Source: a virus (lineage: Duplodnaviria > Caudoviricetes). From it: a stretch of DNA of 53,162 nt. The notes under the pieces were generated by a model. It saw only the letters and a program-made list of their open reading frames with translations. It had not been told where the DNA came from and searched no databases. The position numbers and the translations under genes are program-made. The stretch spans positions 1-53,162 of IMG/VR virus record IMGVR_UViG_3300036766_000094; one strand, written 5' to 3'. Below, one piece after another: positions 44,185 through 53,162 of this stretch (within the stretch, counting starts at the first letter, position 1; each line of letters begins with the position of its first letter).

Positions 44185-45371
44185 TGGGCGTCTCGATAAT
44201 GCCTAATTGGGGCGAACAGTTAGGTGGAGCATTATCTAATATTGCTAAGGGTGTCCAAAGTATTACTGACCCTGAATTTGAGTTTAGGCGTCAGTTAGAG
44301 CATGAGATGATTACAAATCCAGAGTTAGTACAACATTTAGCAGACCTTGAGTTTCAATCCCCAGGCGCTGTTACTAAGAATTTACGTGCAATGTTGACTC
44401 CAGGTTCTAGCGGTTTAGTTACAGCCGCAGCGCCTAGTATGAATGCTAGAATCGCTGATATGATGAGACGAAATACAGATTTGTTTGTTCAAGACCCAAC
44501 CCTTATGCGTGACATTGTTAGTAGATTGGGTACTGGACAAACTACTAGTCAAAGAGCACAAACCGCTGCTGATGCTTCGATTAGAACGACACAAGCAGGA
44601 GCAGTACGAGATTATGCAACGCAAGCACCCCCAACTGAAATAAAGCAACACGGTGAGAATCTTTTAGACCCGACAGGGGCTAATATTGAAGGACGCTTTC
44701 GTACAGCACAACTGAGATTACAGTATGCTCAAACTCCTGCTGAGAAGATGGCAGCTAGAATGGAATATGCACGTTATGCTGCACAATTAGGGTTAGGTAA
44801 TTCTATGGCTTTATTAGACGCTAGATTCCAAGAAGAAGCTCAAAGAGCTAGACCAGAATGGATTAATGCTCTACGTGGAGCGCAAAGAGATGTATCAACT
44901 GGAATCACACGTTACAATGCTAATCCTAATGACGCGGATTTAGCCATTTTGACTAGTCAAGTTCAATCATTGCGGGATTATTATAGAGTGTTAGGCGAAA
45001 CTCCGCCTGATATTAATATTGGAACAGGTCGTGGTTCGTTAGGTATTGGGCGACGCAGAGTTACATTAGTCAATGCTTCTGGAGAAGAAGTAGACCCGAT
45101 GTCTATTAATATTCCAGCTATTACACAAACGGCTCCTACTGGCTCTAATAGACCAAACAGACCGAATAGACCAGCTAGACCAAATCAACCGGCTGCAACG
45201 AATCAACAAGATGCAGCTTTACGTGGAAGAATGCAGGTACAGGCTGCGGCATTGAGAGCTGATTCCCGCATTACAGACGCGAGTTTACAAGCCGCTGGCT
45301 GGAGTACCGACCAAATTGTACAGTTGCGTCATTTAGCTCGAACTCAACCGAATCGCCGTTCGAGACAGTAG
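44184..45371 (+). CDS. putative ejection/internal virion protein
   Basis: WGEQLGGAL..I.KG start, Ala/Gln/Arg-rich, NRP repeats. Confidence 0.65.
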   Translation: MGVSIMPNWGEQLGGALSNIAKGVQSITDPEFEFRRQLEHEMITNPELVQHLADLEFQSPGAVTKNLRAMLTPGSSGLVTAAAPSMNARIADMMRRNTDLFVQDPTLMRDIVSRLGTGQTTSQRAQTAADASIRTTQAGAVRDYATQAPPTEIKQHGENLLDPTGANIEGRFRTAQLRLQYAQTPAEKMAARMEYARYAAQLGLGNSMALLDARFQEEAQRARPEWINALRGAQRDVSTGITRYNANPNDADLAILTSQVQSLRDYYRVLGETPPDINIGTGRGSLGIGRRRVTLVNASGEEVDPMSINIPAITQTAPTGSNRPNRPNRPARPNQPAATNQQDAALRGRMQVQAAALRADSRITDASLQAAGWSTDQIVQLRHLARTQPNRRSRQ

Positions 45372-45441
45372 AACAACATCCGGGTTGGCTTAATAAAAGA
45401 ATGCCTGCTTTACGACGTGTAATTTCCGAAATTGCGGCCCA

Positions 45442-48400
45442 ATGACACTTCCTCGAATAGTAACATCGCCTACAGAACAAACAGAACAAGATGGCCTGCT
45501 ACCAAGAATAGTTACTGGACATACTACTCCAGATATTCCTGCTCGTCCGCCTCGTCCGCCTGTAGAACCAATTCGCGGCGGAGGGTCTAGGAATTTTGAA
45601 GCGGTTACTGGAACTCACGAAGATGTGACTCCAGAAGAACGTGCTGTCCAACTACGTATTGCAAGACAAATTCCTAGTTATGTTGTTGGAGCCGCTAGAA
45701 TTTTCCCAGCAATTGCTCTTCAACAACTTAACCATCAAATGCTAGCTGGCGCTTATGTTGCTTTCAATAGTCCAGAGTTAATTTATAAAGTTGTATTTGG
45801 TGTACCTTCTGCTGAACAATTACAAGCTCGTAGAGCTGAACTTATAGCTAGTCCGGATTTGATGAGTCGTGAAATACATAGACAATCTTCTACTAGATTA
45901 CAAACAGTTGCGTTATCTAAAGGGGCTGTAACATACGTTCCTGCAACGGCTCAAGATGTAATAAGCGGGTTGGATGCTCAAATAGCCGAACAACACAATG
46001 TTGAATTATCTGCTTCTGCTGAAGACAGGCGTGGCGTAGATGTCTTAAATAGAGTATTACAAAATCGTCCAACAACTTCACGATTACGTGCTGCCACTAA
46101 CCTAGCACGAGAAGTTGGTTCATTTGCTGGACCGCAAGCTCTTTATTTATTTGGGGCTAGAGTAGCTAATGACTTTCGTAATGCTATTAAAATGAGCAAC
46201 GACCCAAATGCAACTGTCGAAGAAACTGCTGATACATTTCATCAAGCAGCACAAGGTACAATTATTCTAGGCGCTTTGGGTGGAGCAGTTAGAACTAGAA
46301 TCAACAGAGCTAGAGGACTTACAGAACAAATTGAAGCCGCACGAATTCCTGGAAATGAAGCAGAAGTTAGTAATATGATTGGTGTCCGTTTAAGTCAAAT
46401 TAGACAAAGCGAAGGATTAGTTGAAACTCCTGTCGCTCAAGCTGAATTAAATCTACCAAGAGCTAACCTTGCGGCTACGTTAATTCGCGCTCATACTGAA
46501 TTAAGGCCAGATGGGCTTACTGTAATTCCTGGTGTTGATAATCCATTAAGCGCATTACGTTTCATGCCAGTAGAAGCTCGTCCAGCATTTAATGAGACGA
46601 TGGCTTATCATAAGAAAAGTCGCACTTTGTATATGTTTGGGCCGCAGAATCCTAATAATACAGCCGCGATTAGAACTCAGATAGCACAAGATGGATTTTA
46701 CACAGGACAAAGAATATCTTATGAAGGTGCTGATTATGTTTATGTTGGGCGTTTAACTAGAAAGACTGCTAGGATTGCAACACGTTACGACAATCCAATT
46801 ACTCCTGTTGGAGAAGCTCAATTACCTGAGCAAGCACTTCCTGAAGTATCTGGAAGACCAATTCCTGGGACGGTTGTTGGTGAGGTTACACCAATTGAAC
46901 CAATTGTTACTCCGCCTCCTGGAATTCCAGAACAACGTACAGTAAACTTGTCAGACATACGTATAACGAACACAAGTGAAAATCTACGTCTAGACCGAGT
47001 GACTCAAGACGCGGCATTCAATCTGTACAAGCAATGGAAATCACAACAACCAGAAGGAATGGGTGATAGGGAGATTAATGCATTAGTAGATTTGTTAGCC
47101 AATACTTTAGGAATTCCAAAAACTCAAGTTCCAGCTTTACGTCATTTCATAGTTGGAAGGGAAGCCACTGAATTAGAACACATGACTCCAGAAGAAGATA
47201 GAGCTTGGATTGAAAATTTCAATAATACTCGCGGTGGGGATTTGGGTGAATCTGGTACTTCTGTAACACGTGAAATTATTAATCCGTCAGGTTTAAGGGG
47301 TCAAGCCGCGATTGATTATCGTACATTAGAACGTGTCAAAGAAATGACACAATTTGAAGCTGAACAATTAAAAGGTACTAAGGTTGTTGACGAGTCCGGT
47401 AAGCCTTTAGTTGTTTATCATGGAACTCCAGAAGTTCGTGAGCAACCATTAGGTCATCCTTCATTAGCGTTTGACCCAACTAAAACTGGCCCTAATAATT
47501 TGTTTGGGCAAGGGGCTGGTTATTTTACAGAAAATCCTAGAGTTGCGGGTGGTGAAGGTGAAAATATAGAATCTGTAGGTTATGCTACTCCGAAAGTGAC
47601 AATCAGCGATAAATATAATGAGAGTTTAATTGGTTTACATTTGGCTGAAGACCTTGTTGATAATACAGGAAGTTTCTATCGCAATCATAAAGTTGGTGAA
47701 TATATCACGTACAATATGTTAAGCGATGCTGATATGCTTGGTTATGATGTTATAAAGACTGTTGAGCAAGGAACTAGAAATATATATCTTAATATGGCTG
47801 GTTCTCAAGTAATCCCAGTTCGTCTTGATATTAGAAATCCGTTTGACATTGAAAGTGATATGAGCTTAACAGAAATTACAAGAATTATGAGAATTGCTCA
47901 GCAAATGTTTACTGCTCAAAATGTACATGACCGTTTAATATATACACTCAATTTATTCCGAAGTAACAAGGCTGAAGATGCTAGCATAGATTTGACAGGT
48001 GAACTTGTATGGAATTCGATTGCGGATGCAGTAGAAATCGAAGGTCGGTATCCAGGAGCTACAAACAAAATTCTTCGAGCTGCCGGCTATGATGGCATCA
48101 CACATATAGGAGGTGTTGGTAAAGTAGAACACCGCGTTTGGATTCCATTTGACCAATCTCAAATTCATTCTGCTTGGAGTCCAGACGTAAGCAAAATTGA
48201 AACGTCACAACGTGACATATTGGAATTTGAAACACTTAAGAATAGTGCGCTTTCAAATGGTCTAGCTGTAACTCAAGTTGGAATTGGTTATGAAATACGG
48301 TCCGGAGATAATGGTGCTTTGTTACATAGAATAGAAACTAATGACCCGAATCAAGTAAGAAGCTTTATCAATAGCGTTAGTCAAGCTAAAGGTGAAGAAT

Positions 48401-50739
48401 TAGTAACTGACTTAAACATACCACCGGAATTCGTTCCTCCTAACTTAATTAAACCATTAGTTCCTGACGGTGGTGACGAAGCTCCAAGAATTCCATATCA
48501 AGTTACAGAACATACATTGACTGAACGTTTTTTGAATCTATTTCGCTCCCCTATATTTACTGGAATGTCTGGGCAATGGAAGCGTATTGCGTCAATGACC
48601 AAGGGAACAATTGACTTAGAAAGTCATGCTCGTTCCTTACAAGAATCTGCACGTTTGACTGATGCGTTAATTCAACAAGAATTTAGAAAAGCTAATATTG
48701 AGCATCTTGAGAAATTAGCAAGAAGTATGACTCAAGCAGAACATGAAAATGTATTTAGGGCGAATGAGACTTTGAGTATTTCAGAAGCAGAAAGGCTTGC
48801 AGGAGAAAATGGAATTGAATATTCTAACGCTCTACTTGATCTACATAGTGTTGAACATCCATTAGATATTAGACGTGTTATAGAATTTACACGGCATCAA
48901 GCGGAACTGAGGAGGCAAGCTAAGAAAGAGGAGTGGACTGATACAAAGCTAGATGAACAAATGCAAAAGCTTGTTAATTTTTATGATTTTAGTCCTAACA
49001 ATCTAGCCGCGTCTGTAATTGTCCAAGCCATTCGTCGTATAAGCATAAAGGATGTTAACTTACACGACGTAGTTAGATTAGTTGAAGCTAGAATGAATCC
49101 TTCAGAAGCTGTGTCTCGCGGCGAGTTTATGGCTCGTAAGCAGTTTGATTCGCAAATGCGAGACTCGGCTGACCGAATCCAAAAGATTCTAGAGACGTTT
49201 GCTGACTACAACAAGATTCCAGACATTCGTAAGATTATGCAATATATGTCTCACTACCGTAAGCAAAGAGCACCAATTGATGATGAAATCAAAGATATTA
49301 TAACTAACAGTCAACCTTATGCTGAAACTATTCCTGGCTTTGAAATGTTCGAGAAACTAGTCAGGACTGGAGAAATTAGTGTTTATGACATGAATCCAGT
49401 TAATATGATTAAACGTTACATTACGTCGTCTGTAATTGAAAAGAACTTCAAGCCTATTTATGACCACACGATAGCTAGAATGAACGAACAAGCTAGTAGA
49501 ATTCCTGATGCCGCTTTACAAAAGTCGGCAAAGGAAAGTATCGCATACTTTGCTCAGGGATTGCTGCACAGAACTGCTCCAGAAGATATGATATTGAATA
49601 GAGTATTCAAGAGTTTCATGACTGAGCTGGGCAGTAGAAGTCCAATTGGTAAGAAGGCAATGCTCAATGTGAGTGATAGAGCTGTTACTAATTTCATTAA
49701 TACTGTTACGATGAATATGATTGGAGCTTTTCAAGGAGGTAAGTGGGGTAATGCTCCTCGTGATGTATTTAATGCTATCCAAATGGCAAATGCTTGGTTT
49801 GGTACACGAGTAGCAATTGATGTATTCAACAAGAGTTTCGGAGATGTTACATTTAAAGATGGACGTTTAGATGTTAATATGTTAGCTAGGAAGAATCGTG
49901 CTCGTGAACTTGGTATAATTGGACAAGAGTTTTACAAGAGAAAGCCTCCAATTCCAAAGGACCATAGAAATCCTGTTGTTCAATTAGCTGAATTATATAA
50001 TAGAGTCAATCACATTGCTGTTGCATTGAGTGGGCAACAAGTTACGCATGATGTTATGTCAGTTGGAATTTATGAATATGGTAGAAGTCGGGCGTTAGAT
50101 ACTCTTAATGAATTAAGAGGTATGGCTAATTTAACAGCAGAAACTAAGACGAAATTCTTAAATGAGCATCTAGACTTGGATGTATTCGGACCTGAGTTTG
50201 GTACGAGATTTGATACACATTATAGTCAAGGAACTGAGTCATCGATAAGTGAAGCGGCACATATCTATGGGCTAGAAATGATACAAAAGATTATGCCTCC
50301 TTATGGTTATGCTGAACAACCGCGTTATTGGAGAAGCGTTTACGGAAGACTATTGGGATTGTACGGAAGGTTCCAAATCCACATCAAAGACCAATTAATT
50401 GATATGGCTAGTTTTGGTGCGACTGGTGCTAAGAGAAGAGCTGCTATTGAACGTCTTTTAGTATCAGAAGGAATACGAATTGGAATTAGTAAAGTATTAA
50501 ATGTTGATTCTCAAAACTGGAGTCCATTAGGAATTTGGCAAGGTTCTCCAAGTGTTCAATTTTATCAAGATATGGCAGATGCTTTGCGCAAGAATGATGA
50601 GAAGAAAGCAATGGGCATTCTAGCACGTATTGGGGCTAGTCAAGTTCCATTTTATAGTTTAATGGACCTTTGGAATCGTGCAGCATCACCTGAAGAAGCT
50701 ATGATGAGAATATTGCTACTTATTAAGCCGGTACAATAA
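45442..50739 (+). CDS. giant ejection protein with embedded ART-PolyVal-like ADP-ribosyltransferase domain
   Basis: KVVDESGKPLVVYHGT, FD, GYFT, PVRLDIRNP, GYDGI, FDQSQIHS at about 47370-48180. Confidence 0.8.
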   Translation: MTLPRIVTSPTEQTEQDGLLPRIVTGHTTPDIPARPPRPPVEPIRGGGSRNFEAVTGTHEDVTPEERAVQLRIARQIPSYVVGAARIFPAIALQQLNHQMLAGAYVAFNSPELIYKVVFGVPSAEQLQARRAELIASPDLMSREIHRQSSTRLQTVALSKGAVTYVPATAQDVISGLDAQIAEQHNVELSASAEDRRGVDVLNRVLQNRPTTSRLRAATNLAREVGSFAGPQALYLFGARVANDFRNAIKMSNDPNATVEETADTFHQAAQGTIILGALGGAVRTRINRARGLTEQIEAARIPGNEAEVSNMIGVRLSQIRQSEGLVETPVAQAELNLPRANLAATLIRAHTELRPDGLTVIPGVDNPLSALRFMPVEARPAFNETMAYHKKSRTLYMFGPQNPNNTAAIRTQIAQDGFYTGQRISYEGADYVYVGRLTRKTARIATRYDNPITPVGEAQLPEQALPEVSGRPIPGTVVGEVTPIEPIVTPPPGIPEQRTVNLSDIRITNTSENLRLDRVTQDAAFNLYKQWKSQQPEGMGDREINALVDLLANTLGIPKTQVPALRHFIVGREATELEHMTPEEDRAWIENFNNTRGGDLGESGTSVTREIINPSGLRGQAAIDYRTLERVKEMTQFEAEQLKGTKVVDESGKPLVVYHGTPEVREQPLGHPSLAFDPTKTGPNNLFGQGAGYFTENPRVAGGEGENIESVGYATPKVTISDKYNESLIGLHLAEDLVDNTGSFYRNHKVGEYITYNMLSDADMLGYDVIKTVEQGTRNIYLNMAGSQVIPVRLDIRNPFDIESDMSLTEITRIMRIAQQMFTAQNVHDRLIYTLNLFRSNKAEDASIDLTGELVWNSIADAVEIEGRYPGATNKILRAAGYDGITHIGGVGKVEHRVWIPFDQSQIHSAWSPDVSKIETSQRDILEFETLKNSALSNGLAVTQVGIGYEIRSGDNGALLHRIETNDPNQVRSFINSVSQAKGEELVTDLNIPPEFVPPNLIKPLVPDGGDEAPRIPYQVTEHTLTERFLNLFRSPIFTGMSGQWKRIASMTKGTIDLESHARSLQESARLTDALIQQEFRKANIEHLEKLARSMTQAEHENVFRANETLSISEAERLAGENGIEYSNALLDLHSVEHPLDIRRVIEFTRHQAELRRQAKKEEWTDTKLDEQMQKLVNFYDFSPNNLAASVIVQAIRRISIKDVNLHDVVRLVEARMNPSEAVSRGEFMARKQFDSQMRDSADRIQKILETFADYNKIPDIRKIMQYMSHYRKQRAPIDDEIKDIITNSQPYAETIPGFEMFEKLVRTGEISVYDMNPVNMIKRYITSSVIEKNFKPIYDHTIARMNEQASRIPDAALQKSAKESIAYFAQGLLHRTAPEDMILNRVFKSFMTELGSRSPIGKKAMLNVSDRAVTNFINTVTMNMIGAFQGGKWGNAPRDVFNAIQMANAWFGTRVAIDVFNKSFGDVTFKDGRLDVNMLARKNRARELGIIGQEFYKRKPPIPKDHRNPVVQLAELYNRVNHIAVALSGQQVTHDVMSVGIYEYGRSRALDTLNELRGMANLTAETKTKFLNEHLDLDVFGPEFGTRFDTHYSQGTESSISEAAHIYGLEMIQKIMPPYGYAEQPRYWRSVYGRLLGLYGRFQIHIKDQLIDMASFGATGAKRRAAIERLLVSEGIRIGISKVLNVDSQNWSPLGIWQGSPSVQFYQDMADALRKNDEKKAMGILARIGASQVPFYSLMDLWNRAASPEEAMMRILLLIKPVQ

Positions 50740-51098
50740 TGTTATATTCATATTCATTAAAAGAATTAGAAGGTGAATTTATCAAAGTTATTGATGGTAA
50801 AACGTCGTATAAAACTGGTATTAGCTATCAAGAAGCTGACGGTGTTACGTTCTTATGTCCTTCTGATTTCAAGAAGAATAATGGAGATATCGGAACATCA
50901 CATGTAATTTGTTGGTTCGTTGGTAAAGTTCCAGATGAATTAGACCCAAAACCCGGAAGGTGGAATCCATCTGGAACGTCCATTGATGATTTAACATTTG
51001 TTGGTCCGGGTTCTTTTAGCATTAAATGTGGTGAATACTGGCATGGATTTATAAAAAATGGTCGTGTTGAAGTTGACCAAGATATTAATACTCCCTAA
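50739..51098 (+). CDS. small Cys/His protein (DUF6527-like, tentative)
   Basis: GV.FLCP...H...W...G...DDLT...S..C..WHGFI.NG. Confidence 0.5.
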   Translation: MLYSYSLKELEGEFIKVIDGKTSYKTGISYQEADGVTFLCPSDFKKNNGDIGTSHVICWFVGKVPDELDPKPGRWNPSGTSIDDLTFVGPGSFSIKCGEYWHGFIKNGRVEVDQDINTP

Positions 51099-51289
51099 CC
51101 ATCATCAGATTCTGTTCTAAGAAAATCCAACTTCTCAATGGGGACATAGATGGATTCTTGAAATCTGTGTCCCCATCCTGCCCACCACCAAACTTTAATT
51201 TCTTGACCAGATTCTATTGCTATTTTAGTATGAGCAATTGACAACTCTGTGTACCAAGTAGCTCCACCACAAGCTATTGCAGTTGCCAC
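51095..51289 (-). CDS. hypothetical protein, last gene of the minus arm
   Basis: Convergent with the virion arm; stop codons overlap. Confidence 0.5.
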   Translation of the reverse strand: MATAIACGGATWYTELSIAHTKIAIESGQEIKVWWWAGWGHRFQESIYVPIEKLDFLRTESDDG

Positions 51290-51627
51290 TATAATACCTC
51301 AGCCTCAGCTTTTAATTTTGAATCTTCATCAATCATCCCTCTAAGTAAAAACATATAAACAATCAAATCATTAATACGCCCTCTTACATCCTCACGTTGA
51401 CTTGTGTATCCATTAACATGAGCAATAATTCCATCCCAGTGTTTACGAGCATATACTAGTAATACTTTTTCTTTAGATATACTTAATTCAGATGCTAAAC
51501 GTTTGAAATTATTGAATGCATCATCAACATCACCATGAGCGTATTCTTTTTGACCGGCTTTTCTTAGTTGTTGTATTTCATCCCTAAAAATTACATCCAT
51601 CAATTGGGCCATTTCTTCTTGTGTCAC
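51289..51627 (-). CDS. Nmad1/DUF1599-like all-alpha nucleotide-modification-associated protein
   Basis: KEYA...D.F.NF.R...KH...I...E...RI.DL..Y..LL pattern. Confidence 0.7.
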   Translation of the reverse strand: MTQEEMAQLMDVIFRDEIQQLRKAGQKEYAHGDVDDAFNNFKRLASELSISKEKVLLVYARKHWDGIIAHVNGYTSQREDVRGRINDLIVYMFLLRGMIDEDSKLKAEAEVL

Positions 51628-51944
51628 GCTAGTTTCCCTCCATGCCTAAATGGTCTAGTTTTGTTGAATTCCATTTTAGCTAACAATGCAGCTTCTAATG
51701 GTATTTTGTGTTGACTACAACTATCAAAGATACGTATCAATACATCCGCGAATTCAACTGCAATTCCTTCTGGCTTTCCATCAACAACATGGTAGTAAGG
51801 ATTTTCAACTCTATATTCTTCAAGTGCTTCTGATAATTCAGAATGCATTAAAGCAATTTCTTCTGGAATTTCCCTTGGTCTGGAATGCCAACCGTGATCT
51901 TCAGCGGTTTGCCAGCATTCGCGGATTAAGGATTCTAAGTTCAT
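51624..51944 (-). CDS. MazG-like nucleotide pyrophosphohydrolase
   Basis: ALMHSELSEALE, EFADVLIRIFD, KM.FN..R...HG. Confidence 0.88.
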   Translation of the reverse strand: MNLESLIRECWQTAEDHGWHSRPREIPEEIALMHSELSEALEEYRVENPYYHVVDGKPEGIAVEFADVLIRIFDSCSQHKIPLEAALLAKMEFNKTRPFRHGGKLA

Positions 51945-53128
51945 TTTTCTACTCCTTCCAATTTGTTCTTCTCGGAATCGCTCAACTCATAATAATCACC
52001 TTCTTGTACATACTTCAATCTATCAAACACAGCGCAAAGCGAAGACGCTAAGTTTACTAATACTTCAGGTGTAGCTATGTGTCTGAATCTAGCTAGTAAT
52101 CGTCTACGCTCAACTCTTCCATGTTGCTTAATAAAATCTACAATATCTTCCATGTCTAACGAATAAGGGTTCTTCCCTACAGATGTAAAAACTGGTAGTA
52201 GTTTCTCTTCTAGTCGTCCTAGTAATGTTAATGACTCATTAAAATCTTCCATTGTTACTCTTAATTCATCTGATTTACTTATATGTAAGATAATAGCAAG
52301 CGCCAATACATGACGTGGCTTTCTCTTTGCATAACCTTGAATCCGCGTATCTAATTTAGGAGCCAACGTACCCATAAAGTGTCTGTTCCAACTACTAATA
52401 TACTCACGTACATCCATATCTATTGTAATTTGACCATGTAATTGTGTAATGTGAATCAAATCGTGAATCAGAACTTGTTTAAGATTGTTCAATGCCTTGT
52501 AATCTAAATGGTCAAAGAATATCTCAAAGTGTCGTAGTTCGATTTCATTAACCCAAATTACACGAGAAGCAAATCCTCCTCCTAAAGCTGCTGGTGTAAA
52601 GTTCTCAGCAATCCACGCTGGGGTTGTAGCGGTGAGAAGGTTTACAGAAGGATTAACTATCTTCTCATGTCCGCGAGCAAATGTGATGTTATCTAATACA
52701 CGATTCTTGTCGAACGCTTTGACTAAGAATTCGATGAAATTGGTTTGAGAACCTTTGTATAAGAATCCAAAATCTCCACTTAATATAGCTAGAGAAGCGT
52801 CTTTTTGATTAACCAACATTGTCATAATTGCTTCTTGACTGCCGCTTTGTGGAGTCTTTGCTATTTCTGGAACACCTTCGTACAACTCCTCTAAAAAATC
52901 CATTGTAGTTGTTTTACGCATTCCTGCCGGGCCAACTAAGAACAAATATAAGTTAGGAAAACATTCCCAGCTTCCTAATAACTCTTGAGGAATATATACG
53001 TTACGCTTTAGTGCGCTAGCTATAGCAAAAATCCCCGTCCAAGTAACATAATTTAGAGGGGCTCCTGTTCGCGGAAGTATCCATCTTTCAAATGTCTGAA
53101 GCCAGTTTGCGGATTGGCGTTTGGTCAC
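51941..53128 (-). CDS. DUF3987-like P-loop ATPase (putative replicative helicase component)
   Basis: PNLY..LVGPAGMRKTT, NP.VNL..ATTP.W, GGGFASR; coupled to the pol 3' end across the circular junction. Confidence 0.8.
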   Translation of the reverse strand: MTKRQSANWLQTFERWILPRTGAPLNYVTWTGIFAIASALKRNVYIPQELLGSWECFPNLYLFLVGPAGMRKTTTMDFLEELYEGVPEIAKTPQSGSQEAIMTMLVNQKDASLAILSGDFGFLYKGSQTNFIEFLVKAFDKNRVLDNITFARGHEKIVNPSVNLLTATTPAWIAENFTPAALGGGFASRVIWVNEIELRHFEIFFDHLDYKALNNLKQVLIHDLIHITQLHGQITIDMDVREYISSWNRHFMGTLAPKLDTRIQGYAKRKPRHVLALAIILHISKSDELRVTMEDFNESLTLLGRLEEKLLPVFTSVGKNPYSLDMEDIVDFIKQHGRVERRRLLARFRHIATPEVLVNLASSLCAVFDRLKYVQEGDYYELSDSEKNKLEGVEK

Positions 53129-53134
53129 ATCTTT

Positions 53135-53162
53135 ATTTCCTCTAACTCACCCCATCTAGTAC
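53135..53162. repeat. 28-bp terminal direct repeat (pol 3' end)
   Basis: Identical to 16-43. Confidence 0.95.

Noticed and set aside
1-53162. Stop-codon reassignment or lysogeny module
   Set aside because: Core genes are intact in the standard code, neither tRNA is a suppressor, and no integrase or repressor is recognisable.

Overview
The window is an essentially complete, circularly permuted ~53 kb tailed-phage genome with podovirus-like organisation and no recognisable integrase. The two ends share a 28-bp overlap inside the DNA polymerase 3' end. Two arms diverge from a control region at about 21.1-23.3 kb. The minus-strand arm (22.4 kb down to 1, continuing 53.1 kb down to 51.1 kb) holds early and replication genes: a SNF2 helicase, PD-(D/E)XK exonuclease, AAA ATPase, SSB-like protein and a DUF3987-like ATPase. 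It also holds a family-A DNA polymerase with a fused UDG domain that is split into two genes 3 kb apart, two glycosyltransferases, an NDP-sugar epimerase, deaminase, MazG-like and Nmad1-like proteins, GroES, an Acb2/Tad1-like sponge, an M15 peptidase and two tRNAs. The plus-strand arm (23.3-51.1 kb) encodes the virion: Ig-like/beta-helix protein, terminase, portal, scaffold, capsid, tail proteins and ejection proteins, including a 1765-aa protein with an ART-PolyVal-like domain. The most striking unexplained signal is non-coding. A promoter and an rrn-like boxA precede an array of six separately closed structured RNA units around tRNA-Lys (16.1-16.9 kb), two of which have 7-nt complementary (kissing) loops. 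Further structured units abut tRNA-Leu and an anticodon-less tRNA mimic, suggesting tRNA-punctuated release of phage small RNAs. All calls come from reading motifs and base-pairing by eye; no searches or folding programs were run.
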